Source: a virus (Duplodnaviria > Caudoviricetes). Taken from it: a DNA stretch of 25,973 bases. This document shows, in pieces, positions 7,059 through 14,482 of the stretch (positions are counted from its first letter, which is position 1; every line of letters starts with the position of its first letter). The stretch spans positions 1 through 25,973 of IMG/VR virus record IMGVR_UViG_3300020044_006281; one strand, given 5' to 3'. The notes beneath the pieces were generated by a model. That model had not been told where the DNA came from. It made no database searches and was given only the letters and a program-made list of their open reading frames with translations. The translations under genes and the position numbers were made by a program.

Positions 7059-7847
7059 TTAGATGGTTCTTGGCTTCCAGCTTTCTTCGGGATCAATCGT
7101 CGCTTTTGTTCGGTTGATCCATGAAGAAAAGAATGGTTTGGTGAACTGGCGCGGTGGGTGGGCAAGTAGCCAGTTCTTCGCGGCGATGACTTGGGCATCG
7201 ACATCTTTCGTGGGGTTGAGTTTCTTGAGTTCAGCGATGAAGGCATCATCGACGAGTTTTGGTTGGCGCGGCTTGGGGGGGGATTTACGCTGACCGCGGA
7301 ATGTATCTGTCTTTACAGTGTTGGGGGGTATTGAAAACAAAGCGTTAGCTTTGCCTGCTTGTGCGGTAGCACCATGATTGTCGTCAGACAATGCAAGCTC
7401 ATCGGTTGTGGAAGACGAGGCCATTGCCGAGTTTTCCTCTTCCCCCTGTGAAGGGGTTAGGGGTTGTTCTCTACTGGTAACTACTCTAGTATCTCTGTTG
7501 CACTCACGGGTGAAGTCAGGCTTCACTTGAGAGTTGAGTCTGACTTCACTTGCAGGTGAAGTCTTGCTTGGCAAAATAGCAATCATTTTACGGCTTCGTC
7601 CATCGTAGGAAATGTGCTTTATCATCCCTAGTGATTTCAATTTTGAAATCATATTTGAGATACTGGATTCGGTGCTATTGAACTTCACTGCAAGAAAACC
7701 ATTGCTCGCAAAGCATGGCTTCTCTTCTGTTCCCAATGAACCGATTTCAGCCCACAAGCACTTCTCCATCCAAGACAATGTGTGCGTTTCCCAAATTTCT
7801 GCAGGAATCCAAACGCCACGGAAAACCTTCTCATTCTTCTCGCTCAT
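7059..7847 (-). CDS. phage replication initiation protein (N-terminal winged HTH)
   Basis: FRGVWIP...LS..EKCL.AEI.SL....CFASN..LA......SISNMISKLKSLGMI; low-complexity linker with PLTP; lies directly upstream of dnaB. Confidence 0.8.
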   Translation of the reverse strand: MSEKNEKVFRGVWIPAEIWETHTLSWMEKCLWAEIGSLGTEEKPCFASNGFLAVKFNSTESSISNMISKLKSLGMIKHISYDGRSRKMIAILPSKTSPASEVRLNSQVKPDFTRECNRDTRVVTSREQPLTPSQGEEENSAMASSSTTDELALSDDNHGATAQAGKANALFSIPPNTVKTDTFRGQRKSPPKPRQPKLVDDAFIAELKKLNPTKDVDAQVIAAKNWLLAHPPRQFTKPFFSSWINRTKATIDPEESWKPRTI

Positions 7848-8110
7848 ATCTCAATACCCTCCTTGAAAAAATCATCAATGTAACCAGCATTAACAAGTTC
7901 TTGATAAGCTGTATCTCCGAAATAGTTTCCTTTGGCCAAAGTTATTCTATCAAAGAACAAGTCAGAGTCATTGTGCATTTTCAATGAAGTGTGTTCATGG
8001 ATTATATGTGCCGCTAATCCGATTGCTGCCAATGAAATAGTGCGGTCTTCAATTAATTCCACAGGTATCAATGTAAAATTATATGATCTGTGAATATGTT
8101 TTTTACTCAT
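7844..8110 (-). CDS. small wHTH-like protein resembling a Rep N-terminal domain (likely start Met 8110)
   Basis: NFTLIPVELIEDRTISLAAIGL...AYQELVNAGYI. Confidence 0.6.
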   Translation of the reverse strand: MSKKHIHRSYNFTLIPVELIEDRTISLAAIGLAAHIIHEHTSLKMHNDSDLFFDRITLAKGNYFGDTAYQELVNAGYIDDFFKEGIEI

Positions 8111-8122
8111 TATTAAGAGGGC

Positions 8123-8256
8123 CACCCACCTACCACGGCCAGAAAACCGATTGAATGTCGGGTGGAAATTTACCGTGGTAGTAGGGTGATATAGTTGGTG
8201 TTCGATTTAATTTTCTGTTGTCTCGGTTTCCACACCGAGGTCTGATTTCTCAGACG
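8123..8256 (-). other. structured leader upstream of the replication genes
   Basis: Stems CTACCACGG (8130-8138)/CCGTGGTAG (8173-8181), CTCGGT/ACCGAG (8222-8239) and GTCTGA/TCAGAC. The loops contain complementary GTGGAA and TTCCAC. Confidence 0.45.
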
Positions 8257-8301
8257 CGCTAACCCTATCACTACTGATTGTGACAGGTCAAGAATTATTT
8301 T

Positions 8302-8317
8302 TTATCGTTACCGATAA
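8302..8317. repeat. 16-bp palindromic motif, copy 6 (TTATCGTTACCGATAA)
   Basis: Exact sequence; supplies the TAA stop of 8308..8703 and lies about 10 bp upstream of a minus-strand TTGACC. Confidence 0.95.
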
Positions 8318-8703
8318 TCAAGGTCAATCTCCTCGCGCTCGCAGCGAACCCATTCCTCCAACTGCGACACCAAATCTGTCCAAGCAATATCGGACATATC
8401 TTCATCTTGGCATTCGATAGCATGTAGTTTGTGATGGAGTTCTAGGTCTTCGTCTTTGATTAGGGCGAGTTCTGACCAGAGGATTCGTTTGCCAGAGTAG
8501 GTCGCGGCCCTCGCTGTAGAGTTGGGACGCACTCCGAGAACTAGGTATCCTCCATGCCCACTAAAGGTTTCAAGGGTAGAAAAGATGCCTTCGCCCATCG
8601 CTTCGGCGAGAGACATATTTGTAATCAGAACAGACTTGCGAGCGAAGTCCATGAACTTGAATGAAGTTAAATCTAAATCTATGTTGTTCTGGTAATTATC
8701 CAT
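8308..8703 (-). CDS. hypothetical protein (131 aa, acidic)
   Basis: First ORF downstream of the leftward promoter. Confidence 0.7.
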   Translation of the reverse strand: MDNYQNNIDLDLTSFKFMDFARKSVLITNMSLAEAMGEGIFSTLETFSGHGGYLVLGVRPNSTARAATYSGKRILWSELALIKDEDLELHHKLHAIECQDEDMSDIAWTDLVSQLEEWVRCEREEIDLDYR

Positions 8704-8711
8704 GGCTGAGA

Positions 8712-8756
8712 AATGTATGAAAAAAAGATTGACCTGTCAATATAATTTACTATACT
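8712..8756. promoter_or_regulatory. overlapping divergent sigma70-type promoters
   Basis: Plus strand: TTGACC (8729-8734), 16 nt, TATACT (8751-8756). Minus strand: TTGACA (8740-8735), 17 nt, TACATT (8717-8712). Located at the strand switch. Confidence 0.7.
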
Positions 8757-8766
8757 GACACTTATT

Positions 8767-9120
8767 ATGCACCAGTTAGAAATCGCCTACAAAAGCTACA
8801 TCTCTGCGATGGAGCATAGCAAGGCAATTAAAGTAAATGCAAGGCGGATGTTTGGCGTGCATTTAAGAGATGTCAGACTCCAGCTTGGTCTATCGGTTAG
8901 AGAGCTTGGAGATAAGATCGGAGTAACCGGGAGTCTGATTAACCAGATTGAGACATCATCAAGAAGCATCTTAGCCAAGAAGCAGATTGATGCGATTATA
9001 CAATTATGCTTAGACGCAAAAAAACTTTCAAAGCCAAAAGCGGATTCAAGAAAAGAGGAGGAAAGCTCAATCCAGTTTCAGCCAGACTCAAAAAGCGAAG
9101 CATTGAATACAGCAGGGTAA
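8767..9120 (+). CDS. XRE/Cro-family helix-turn-helix regulator
   Basis: FGVHLRDVRLQLGLSVRELGDKIGVTGSLINQIETSSR is a classic HTH_3 pattern. Confidence 0.85.
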   Translation: MHQLEIAYKSYISAMEHSKAIKVNARRMFGVHLRDVRLQLGLSVRELGDKIGVTGSLINQIETSSRSILAKKQIDAIIQLCLDAKKLSKPKADSRKEEESSIQFQPDSKSEALNTAG

Positions 9121-9323
9121 GGAGAGAGTATCTTGAAGAAAAAAGTTACAGGTGTGAAATCTGCGGCGGAGAAGCAACCGACATCCATCACAAAAGTGGG
9201 CGAGGGAAAAACCTTTGTGAGAAGCGCACTTTCATGGCTGTTTGTCGATCAGACCACGACCGCATCCACCAAAACCCAGCGTGGGCAAAAGAGCAAGGCT
9301 ACCTAGTTTACCAGTTCAAATAA
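9006..9323 (+). CDS. HNH-family endonuclease-like protein
   Basis: Basic N-terminus; CEICGGEATDIHHK.GRG...MAVCRSDHDRIH. Confidence 0.8.
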   Translation: MLRRKKTFKAKSGFKKRGGKLNPVSARLKKRSIEYSRVRREYLEEKSYRCEICGGEATDIHHKSGRGKNLCEKRTFMAVCRSDHDRIHQNPAWAKEQGYLVYQFK

Positions 9324-9324
9324 T

Positions 9325-9540
9325 ATGTTCAAATCACTTATTGTGTGCGAAGGCACATTCGTTGACGAAAACCCACTGAAGATTCGCTTCCGCCAAGATT
9401 GGGTGGACTGCTGGATCAAGAAGGCAGACATAGAAAAGATCGAGATGCTTGGGACGACATTCGAGGGAGATAAAGTTTGTCGAATTACGATCAGCGAGGA
9501 GCTTGCGAATTTGATGGAATTGCAAGGAATGTTAGAATAG
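9325..9540 (+). CDS. hypothetical protein (71 aa)
   Basis: Starts 1 nt after the HNH stop. Confidence 0.65.
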   Translation: MFKSLIVCEGTFVDENPLKIRFRQDWVDCWIKKADIEKIEMLGTTFEGDKVCRITISEELANLMELQGMLE

Positions 9541-9675
9541 ATTACGAGAAACTTCCCGTCGGGCCTCTGGCTTCCCATTGGGTCGCTAATACCTTCTCAA
9601 CCGAGTCGGCGCATACTTCGACAATCTGAATTGACAGATGAATCCGAGGGACGCTTCGGGCTAGGGTTTTTAATT

Positions 9676-9691
9676 TTATCGGTAACGATAA
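9676..9691. repeat. 16-bp palindromic motif, copy 7 (TTATCGGTAACGATAA)
   Basis: Exact sequence; intergenic, 3 bp upstream of TTGACA (9695-9700). Confidence 0.95.
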
Positions 9692-9734
9692 TCCTTGACA
9701 CAGCGCATTATTTGGACGATTGCTATCGAGAGCT

Positions 9735-10337
9735 ATGGGATGTCATGACATATCCAAAAGAGAGTTAAACAACGCCAAAGATGCGATTAACCGCGCACTA
9801 AAGCAAGCCTGCGACTGCGCGACAAATGCTTGCGAATGTAAGGATGTGGCGGTGCAAGCTCAAATTAGCGCACAGTCTTCCGCTCAATCGGCATACACAA
9901 GTGCTACTCAGTCCTCAGCGATATGGAATGATTTCCAGTCAAGGTATCTTGGAGCGTTTGCCACAAACCCAACAACCAGCATAGTTGGCGCGTTGTATTT
10001 CAATACGACGACGAGCGAGTTTTATGTCTGGAACGGAACTATCTGGCAAGCGAGTATTGATGGAGTTAATGACTTAGACAAGATGTTTAAGTCGGCGAGC
10101 GACACATACTACCACGACATAATTTACACGGCAGGCGGAGATGTATCGGCAATCGAGGTTTACACGGACAGCACGCGGGCTGTGCCGCTCTACACGCGCA
10201 CGATCACCTACGATGGGCTGGGCAACATCACGCAAGTCGTGACGGTCGATGAGCAAATTCCCTCGGTGTCTTTGACAAAAACCATCACCTACGACGGCTC
10301 AGACATCTCAAACCTCGAGCGCATTTACAATTTCTGA
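9735..10337 (+). CDS. putative virion fibre-like protein (likely start ATG 9735)
   Basis: Ala/Ser-rich coil, then RYLGA...GALYFNTT...YVWNG (fibre-type motif) and a beta-rich TITYDG C-terminus. Confidence 0.7.
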   Translation: MGCHDISKRELNNAKDAINRALKQACDCATNACECKDVAVQAQISAQSSAQSAYTSATQSSAIWNDFQSRYLGAFATNPTTSIVGALYFNTTTSEFYVWNGTIWQASIDGVNDLDKMFKSASDTYYHDIIYTAGGDVSAIEVYTDSTRAVPLYTRTITYDGLGNITQVVTVDEQIPSVSLTKTITYDGSDISNLERIYNF

Positions 10338-10338
10338 T

Positions 10339-10416
10339 ATGGCAATCACACTCGTAGGCTCAACTATCACCATTAACAGCGGCGTCGCTGCGGGCACGGC
10401 CACGGGAGGGGTGTGA
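10339..10416 (+). pseudogene. 25-aa ORF MAITLVGSTITINSGVAAGTATGGV, possible relic N-terminus of a structural gene
   Basis: Exactly fills the gap between 10337 and ATG 10418; composition resembles a fibre N-terminus. Confidence 0.4.
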
Positions 10417-10417
10417 G

Positions 10418-13285
10418 ATGCCTTATACACTCAGCTCCAGCCTCTCTAGTGTGCCAACTGACGCCACAGTAACCCGCGATGCGGGCGGGCGCGTCTATAT
10501 CAACGACACAATTACGCTGAACACCGGGGCGGTAGTTGATGTCGATCTGGTATGTGTCGGCTTTGTTGTTCCCACTGGGCAAACCGTGACATTCGGTAGG
10601 ACTGCGGCGGACGGAACGGACATACCGATTTCCGTCGTGATGACGTTGGCAATCGCGCCATATAGTCAGGGCGCTTTTCATATTGTCGGCAATCCGACGA
10701 TAAATGTGCGGAACACCACATTCCATGCCCTGAACAGCTCGAATATGTGGGGCTCTTGGCCGGGTGCTGTGAACACAACTGGTTCGATTCTCAATGCTAC
10801 GAATATGAGAATCGTTTTGTATTCAAACCTGACGACCCGGACGGTTAATACAACAACCGCCGATGTAACGACGTGGATACCGGGCGGAGGGGTTATTGAC
10901 GGGCTAGAAGTGGCTGGTGTTGGGTCACTGTTTTTCAACGCCTCTCCACTTTCCACGAAAAACATTCAGCAACGCGACACACCGACGCGCGGGATTTCCG
11001 TGGCAAGTTCAGGAGCGACGGCTGTTGATCTTGTCGGCGTGGTGGCAGAGCGGGTCAATGTCCAGCAACAGCCATGCTTTCTGCGGATCACAAATCTAAG
11101 GCTGTTGGATAACTACGTCAGAAACGCCGCCACCGCAGGCGGCTCACGCTTTGCAATTCGCAAGTCCATCGGCGGGACGTTGATCGGCATCAGCGCGGAT
11201 ACGCGGGTGAGCGTATGGAACAGGACGGCAAACACCCTGCTGCACACACGGACAGGCACAGCGGCATTCAACCCGCTCATTGACTGCTGGCAGGTCTACG
11301 AAAACAACACGACTCCGGTAACGGCAGCACAAATTGAGGCGGGCGTTTCTGCGGAGGCTGGCTCTTATGTCCCCAATGTGAGGATTGCAATCCTGGAATA
11401 CGGGCGGGCGCTTGCAATCCGAGACTACACGCTGTCGATCCGGCAAGTTGGCGACGATCAACCGATTGACCTGTCGCAGATTTTGGCGAGCAGCGACGTG
11501 GACGAAAGCGATGCCGCAGTCGTGGCCGCGTGGACATCGATAGACACAGGCTCGCGCTTCCGCGACCGCGCCCACCTGTTCCTGCGCCAAAACTGGGCGG
11601 GCCAGAACCAAGAATTTGTCAGCCTGAACGGCAATCTGATCGACGCAGGCAGCTACAACGTCACCATTGACGCAACAGCGGCGCAGGCTTTCGCGGTGGC
11701 TGGCTCCACGATCACGATCAAGGCCAGCATCTACACCGGCGACATGACCACGACCGGGATCATCACCCTCGCCAACGGTGCGCAGTTCGTAGGCACCCGC
11801 ACGGACGCCAACGGCACGGTGGCACCGCCGAAGACCGTCAGCATCACAGGCATCACCGCTGGAAGCCGCCTGCAAATCTACAACGTGACGACGGCCACCG
11901 AGGTCGTCAATCAGGTCGTATCGGGCACCAGCTACACCGCGACCTACGACGAGGGCACCGGCTACACCAATGGCGACACCGTGCGCGTCAGGCTGGCCTA
12001 CGATAGCGGCGTCACGGCCAAGCTGCCGTTCTCCGGGCAGGCCATCGTCGGCTCTACGGGCTGGGCACTGCTGGCATCGCAGCAGGATGATGCGGTCTAC
12101 AACACGCTGGCCATTGACGGCAGCGCCGTTACCGAATTCACCGCCGACTATCCCAACGTGCAGGTGGACATAAGCGACCCGGATGGCTCGACGCGAGTTG
12201 ACCGGCTTTATGCGTGGTTCGTCCACACGCAGTCGAGCGAAGACGGCATCCGAAACTGGTTCGCGGGCATCGTGCCAGAGGACGAAGCCAACTTCCGCAT
12301 CATCACGGCAACGCTTGATCTGAAGATCGACAACATCGCCGCCACGGGCGTGACTTTCACGGACGGGCGCAGGCTCTACCGGGACGACAACGCCTCACCC
12401 CTCGTTGGCTCCACCACGGGTGGCGGCAGCATCACATTCTTTGCGGGCAAGGTTTACACCACAATCGTCAGTACAGCCTCACCAGTGATTACCGGAGACA
12501 TCTCACAAGTTCCGTCGGCGGTGCAAACAGGCATGACGGCGCAGGGCTACACGACGACCCGAGCAACAAATCTCGACAACATCGATGTTGCAGTGAGCAC
12601 GAGGCTGGCCTCCGCCAGTTACACAACGCCACCAACCGTCTCAGCGATTCGGGCTGAGATAGACACCAACAGCACAAAACTTGATGTCTCGGTAGGAACA
12701 AGATTGGCAACTGCCTCATACACGGCTCCAGACAACGCCTCGATCACAAGTATCAAAGCGAAAACAGACAATTTGCCGGTTGACCCAGCGGATGAGTCCA
12801 GCCTCCAAGCTGCGATAGCCGCGATCCCTCCAGCACCGAGTGCAACTACTGTCGCAACCGCTGTAAGATCAGAACTCACTACTGAGCTTGGGCGCATCGA
12901 TGTTTCGACTAGCACGAGACTAGCATCCGCGAGCTATACTACTCCGCCAACCGTCTCAGCGATTCGGACTGAGATTGACGCAAACAGCACAAAACTTGAT
13001 GTCGCTGTAGGAACAAGGTTGGCCGCAGCCAGCTATGCCGCTCCACCTACGCCAGCGGCGAATGCAACCGCTGTGAGGACTGAGCTAACCACAGAACTCT
13101 CAAGAATCGATGTAGCAACCAGCACGAGAATGGCTGCTGCTAGTTACATTGCTCCGGCGAATGCTGACATTTCAGCGATCAAGGTAAAAACTGACAACCT
13201 GCCAGTTGACCCGGCAAGCTCGACGATTGTCAGCAACACTGAGGCTACGCTGAAGAAGAAGATCATTCAGGCAGCATTGATATAG
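10418..13285 (+). CDS. large mosaic virion structural protein (fibre/spike-like) with C-terminal repeats
   Basis: 955 aa, Thr/Ala/Gly-rich beta-type sequence; five (I/L)DVxxxTR(L/M)AxASY repeats; GC-rich central block. Confidence 0.75.
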   Translation: MPYTLSSSLSSVPTDATVTRDAGGRVYINDTITLNTGAVVDVDLVCVGFVVPTGQTVTFGRTAADGTDIPISVVMTLAIAPYSQGAFHIVGNPTINVRNTTFHALNSSNMWGSWPGAVNTTGSILNATNMRIVLYSNLTTRTVNTTTADVTTWIPGGGVIDGLEVAGVGSLFFNASPLSTKNIQQRDTPTRGISVASSGATAVDLVGVVAERVNVQQQPCFLRITNLRLLDNYVRNAATAGGSRFAIRKSIGGTLIGISADTRVSVWNRTANTLLHTRTGTAAFNPLIDCWQVYENNTTPVTAAQIEAGVSAEAGSYVPNVRIAILEYGRALAIRDYTLSIRQVGDDQPIDLSQILASSDVDESDAAVVAAWTSIDTGSRFRDRAHLFLRQNWAGQNQEFVSLNGNLIDAGSYNVTIDATAAQAFAVAGSTITIKASIYTGDMTTTGIITLANGAQFVGTRTDANGTVAPPKTVSITGITAGSRLQIYNVTTATEVVNQVVSGTSYTATYDEGTGYTNGDTVRVRLAYDSGVTAKLPFSGQAIVGSTGWALLASQQDDAVYNTLAIDGSAVTEFTADYPNVQVDISDPDGSTRVDRLYAWFVHTQSSEDGIRNWFAGIVPEDEANFRIITATLDLKIDNIAATGVTFTDGRRLYRDDNASPLVGSTTGGGSITFFAGKVYTTIVSTASPVITGDISQVPSAVQTGMTAQGYTTTRATNLDNIDVAVSTRLASASYTTPPTVSAIRAEIDTNSTKLDVSVGTRLATASYTAPDNASITSIKAKTDNLPVDPADESSLQAAIAAIPPAPSATTVATAVRSELTTELGRIDVSTSTRLASASYTTPPTVSAIRTEIDANSTKLDVAVGTRLAAASYAAPPTPAANATAVRTELTTELSRIDVATSTRMAAASYIAPANADISAIKVKTDNLPVDPASSTIVSNTEATLKKKIIQAALI
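12579..13215 (+). repeat. intragenic repeats, including a 315-nt-offset duplication
   Basis: CCAACCGTCTCAGCGATTCGG at 12632 and 12947; AACAGCACAAAACTTGATGTC twice; KTDNLPVDPA twice. Confidence 0.85.
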
Positions 13286-13286
13286 T

Positions 13287-13302
13287 TTATCGGTAACGAT
13301 AA
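13287..13302. repeat. 16-bp palindromic motif, copy 8 (TTATCGGTAACGATAA)
   Basis: Exact sequence; 1 nt after the stop of the 955-aa gene and just upstream of a promoter. Confidence 0.95.
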
Positions 13303-13309
13303 AATTCGT

Positions 13310-13338
13310 TTGAATTTTATTCTATAGTATAATAAAAT
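13310..13338 (+). promoter_or_regulatory. putative sigma70-type promoter
   Basis: TTGAAT (13310-13315), 17 nt, TAAAAT (13333-13338); a TATAAT also lies at 13328-13333. Confidence 0.55.
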
Positions 13339-13345
13339 AAAAACC

Positions 13346-14470
13346 ATGGCATCACCTGATAGACATTTTGCGAACGGAGCATTTTTTACAGAAACAGTAG
13401 CTCCTGATGCACTGAAACAAGATCATGTTTGGTTATATGCAAAATCTGACGGGAGGTTTTATGGTAAAGACGATTCAGGAACAGAATTTCCATTAGGCAG
13501 TGGAGGAATTGGCGGCACTACTGGGAATGTTGATAATGCGATACTCCGAGCCGATGGAACTGGAGGTTCAACAGTTCAGCCAAGCAGCCTTATTATTGAA
13601 GATGAAACTATAACTGGACAACCAAATATAGCAATAGTAAACAATCATACACTTCAAGTTGATTCATCTCTTGTTCTTACTCCTAAAGGTAATGGAGCTA
13701 TAATTGCAGGAGCAAGGCCAAACGGATTGGCGACCGGAGGACTCACTAGGGGATCTGGCGCTATTGATTTCCAGATGCTTCGGCAGTTTAATTATCAAGT
13801 TGCAAGTGGATATTATTCAGTAATATCAGGCGGTAGTAACAATAATGCTTCCGGTTCAAACTCAACAGTTGGAGGCGGAGGAGCTAATATAGCAGAAGGC
13901 GCATCATCAGTTGTTTCAGGCGGGTCAAATAATAACGCGGAAGGAATAGGCTCATCTATTTCTGGAGGAAATTTAAACCATGCTCTAGCGGATTACTCTT
14001 CAATTTCCGGCGGTTATGGAGCACTAGCAGACAGGTATGGAATCCAAGCTCGCGCAAACGGATATTTTGGACAAGTGGGGGATGCTCAAAGTATAAATTT
14101 TGTGATGAGGGGGACAACGATTAGTAGCAGTTTTCCAAACGAGCTATTTGTAGAATCCTCAACTAACTCCCGTTTTATTATTCCTAATAATAAATTAGTT
14201 ACAGGAACAATTTTCATTGCAGGAATTAGATCCGATGGAAGTTCTGACGCAAGCTATATGCGACAATTCTCCATTAAAAACATTAACGGAACAACTTCAT
14301 TAGTAGGAACAGTAAATACAATCGGAATAGATCAAGCATCAGGAACATCTATTAGTATTACAGCAAATGATGACAGTAATGCTTTAAAGGTTGAAGTAAC
14401 TGGAATTAATGGGTCTATGCGCTGGGTAGCTTTAGTGAATGCGGTTGAAGTAAAATGCGCTGATTCCTAA
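13346..14470 (+). CDS. fibre/adhesin-like virion protein with Gly-Asn-Ala-Ser repeats (YadA-head-like)
   Basis: Repeats of S(V/S)(I/V)SGGxxNxAxG; paralogous to the gene starting at 24890. Confidence 0.75.
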   Translation: MASPDRHFANGAFFTETVAPDALKQDHVWLYAKSDGRFYGKDDSGTEFPLGSGGIGGTTGNVDNAILRADGTGGSTVQPSSLIIEDETITGQPNIAIVNNHTLQVDSSLVLTPKGNGAIIAGARPNGLATGGLTRGSGAIDFQMLRQFNYQVASGYYSVISGGSNNNASGSNSTVGGGGANIAEGASSVVSGGSNNNAEGIGSSISGGNLNHALADYSSISGGYGALADRYGIQARANGYFGQVGDAQSINFVMRGTTISSSFPNELFVESSTNSRFIIPNNKLVTGTIFIAGIRSDGSSDASYMRQFSIKNINGTTSLVGTVNTIGIDQASGTSISITANDDSNALKVEVTGINGSMRWVALVNAVEVKCADS

Positions 14471-14482
14471 TTCAGACAATTA

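Noticed and set aside
9541-9675. Intergenic stretch as a tRNA, ncRNA or small ORF
   Set aside because: No cloverleaf or convincing stems, and no well-supported ORF.
11144-12226. 360-aa minus-strand ORF
   Set aside because: Antisense shadow of the GC-rich, codon-biased 955-aa gene; no recognisable motifs.
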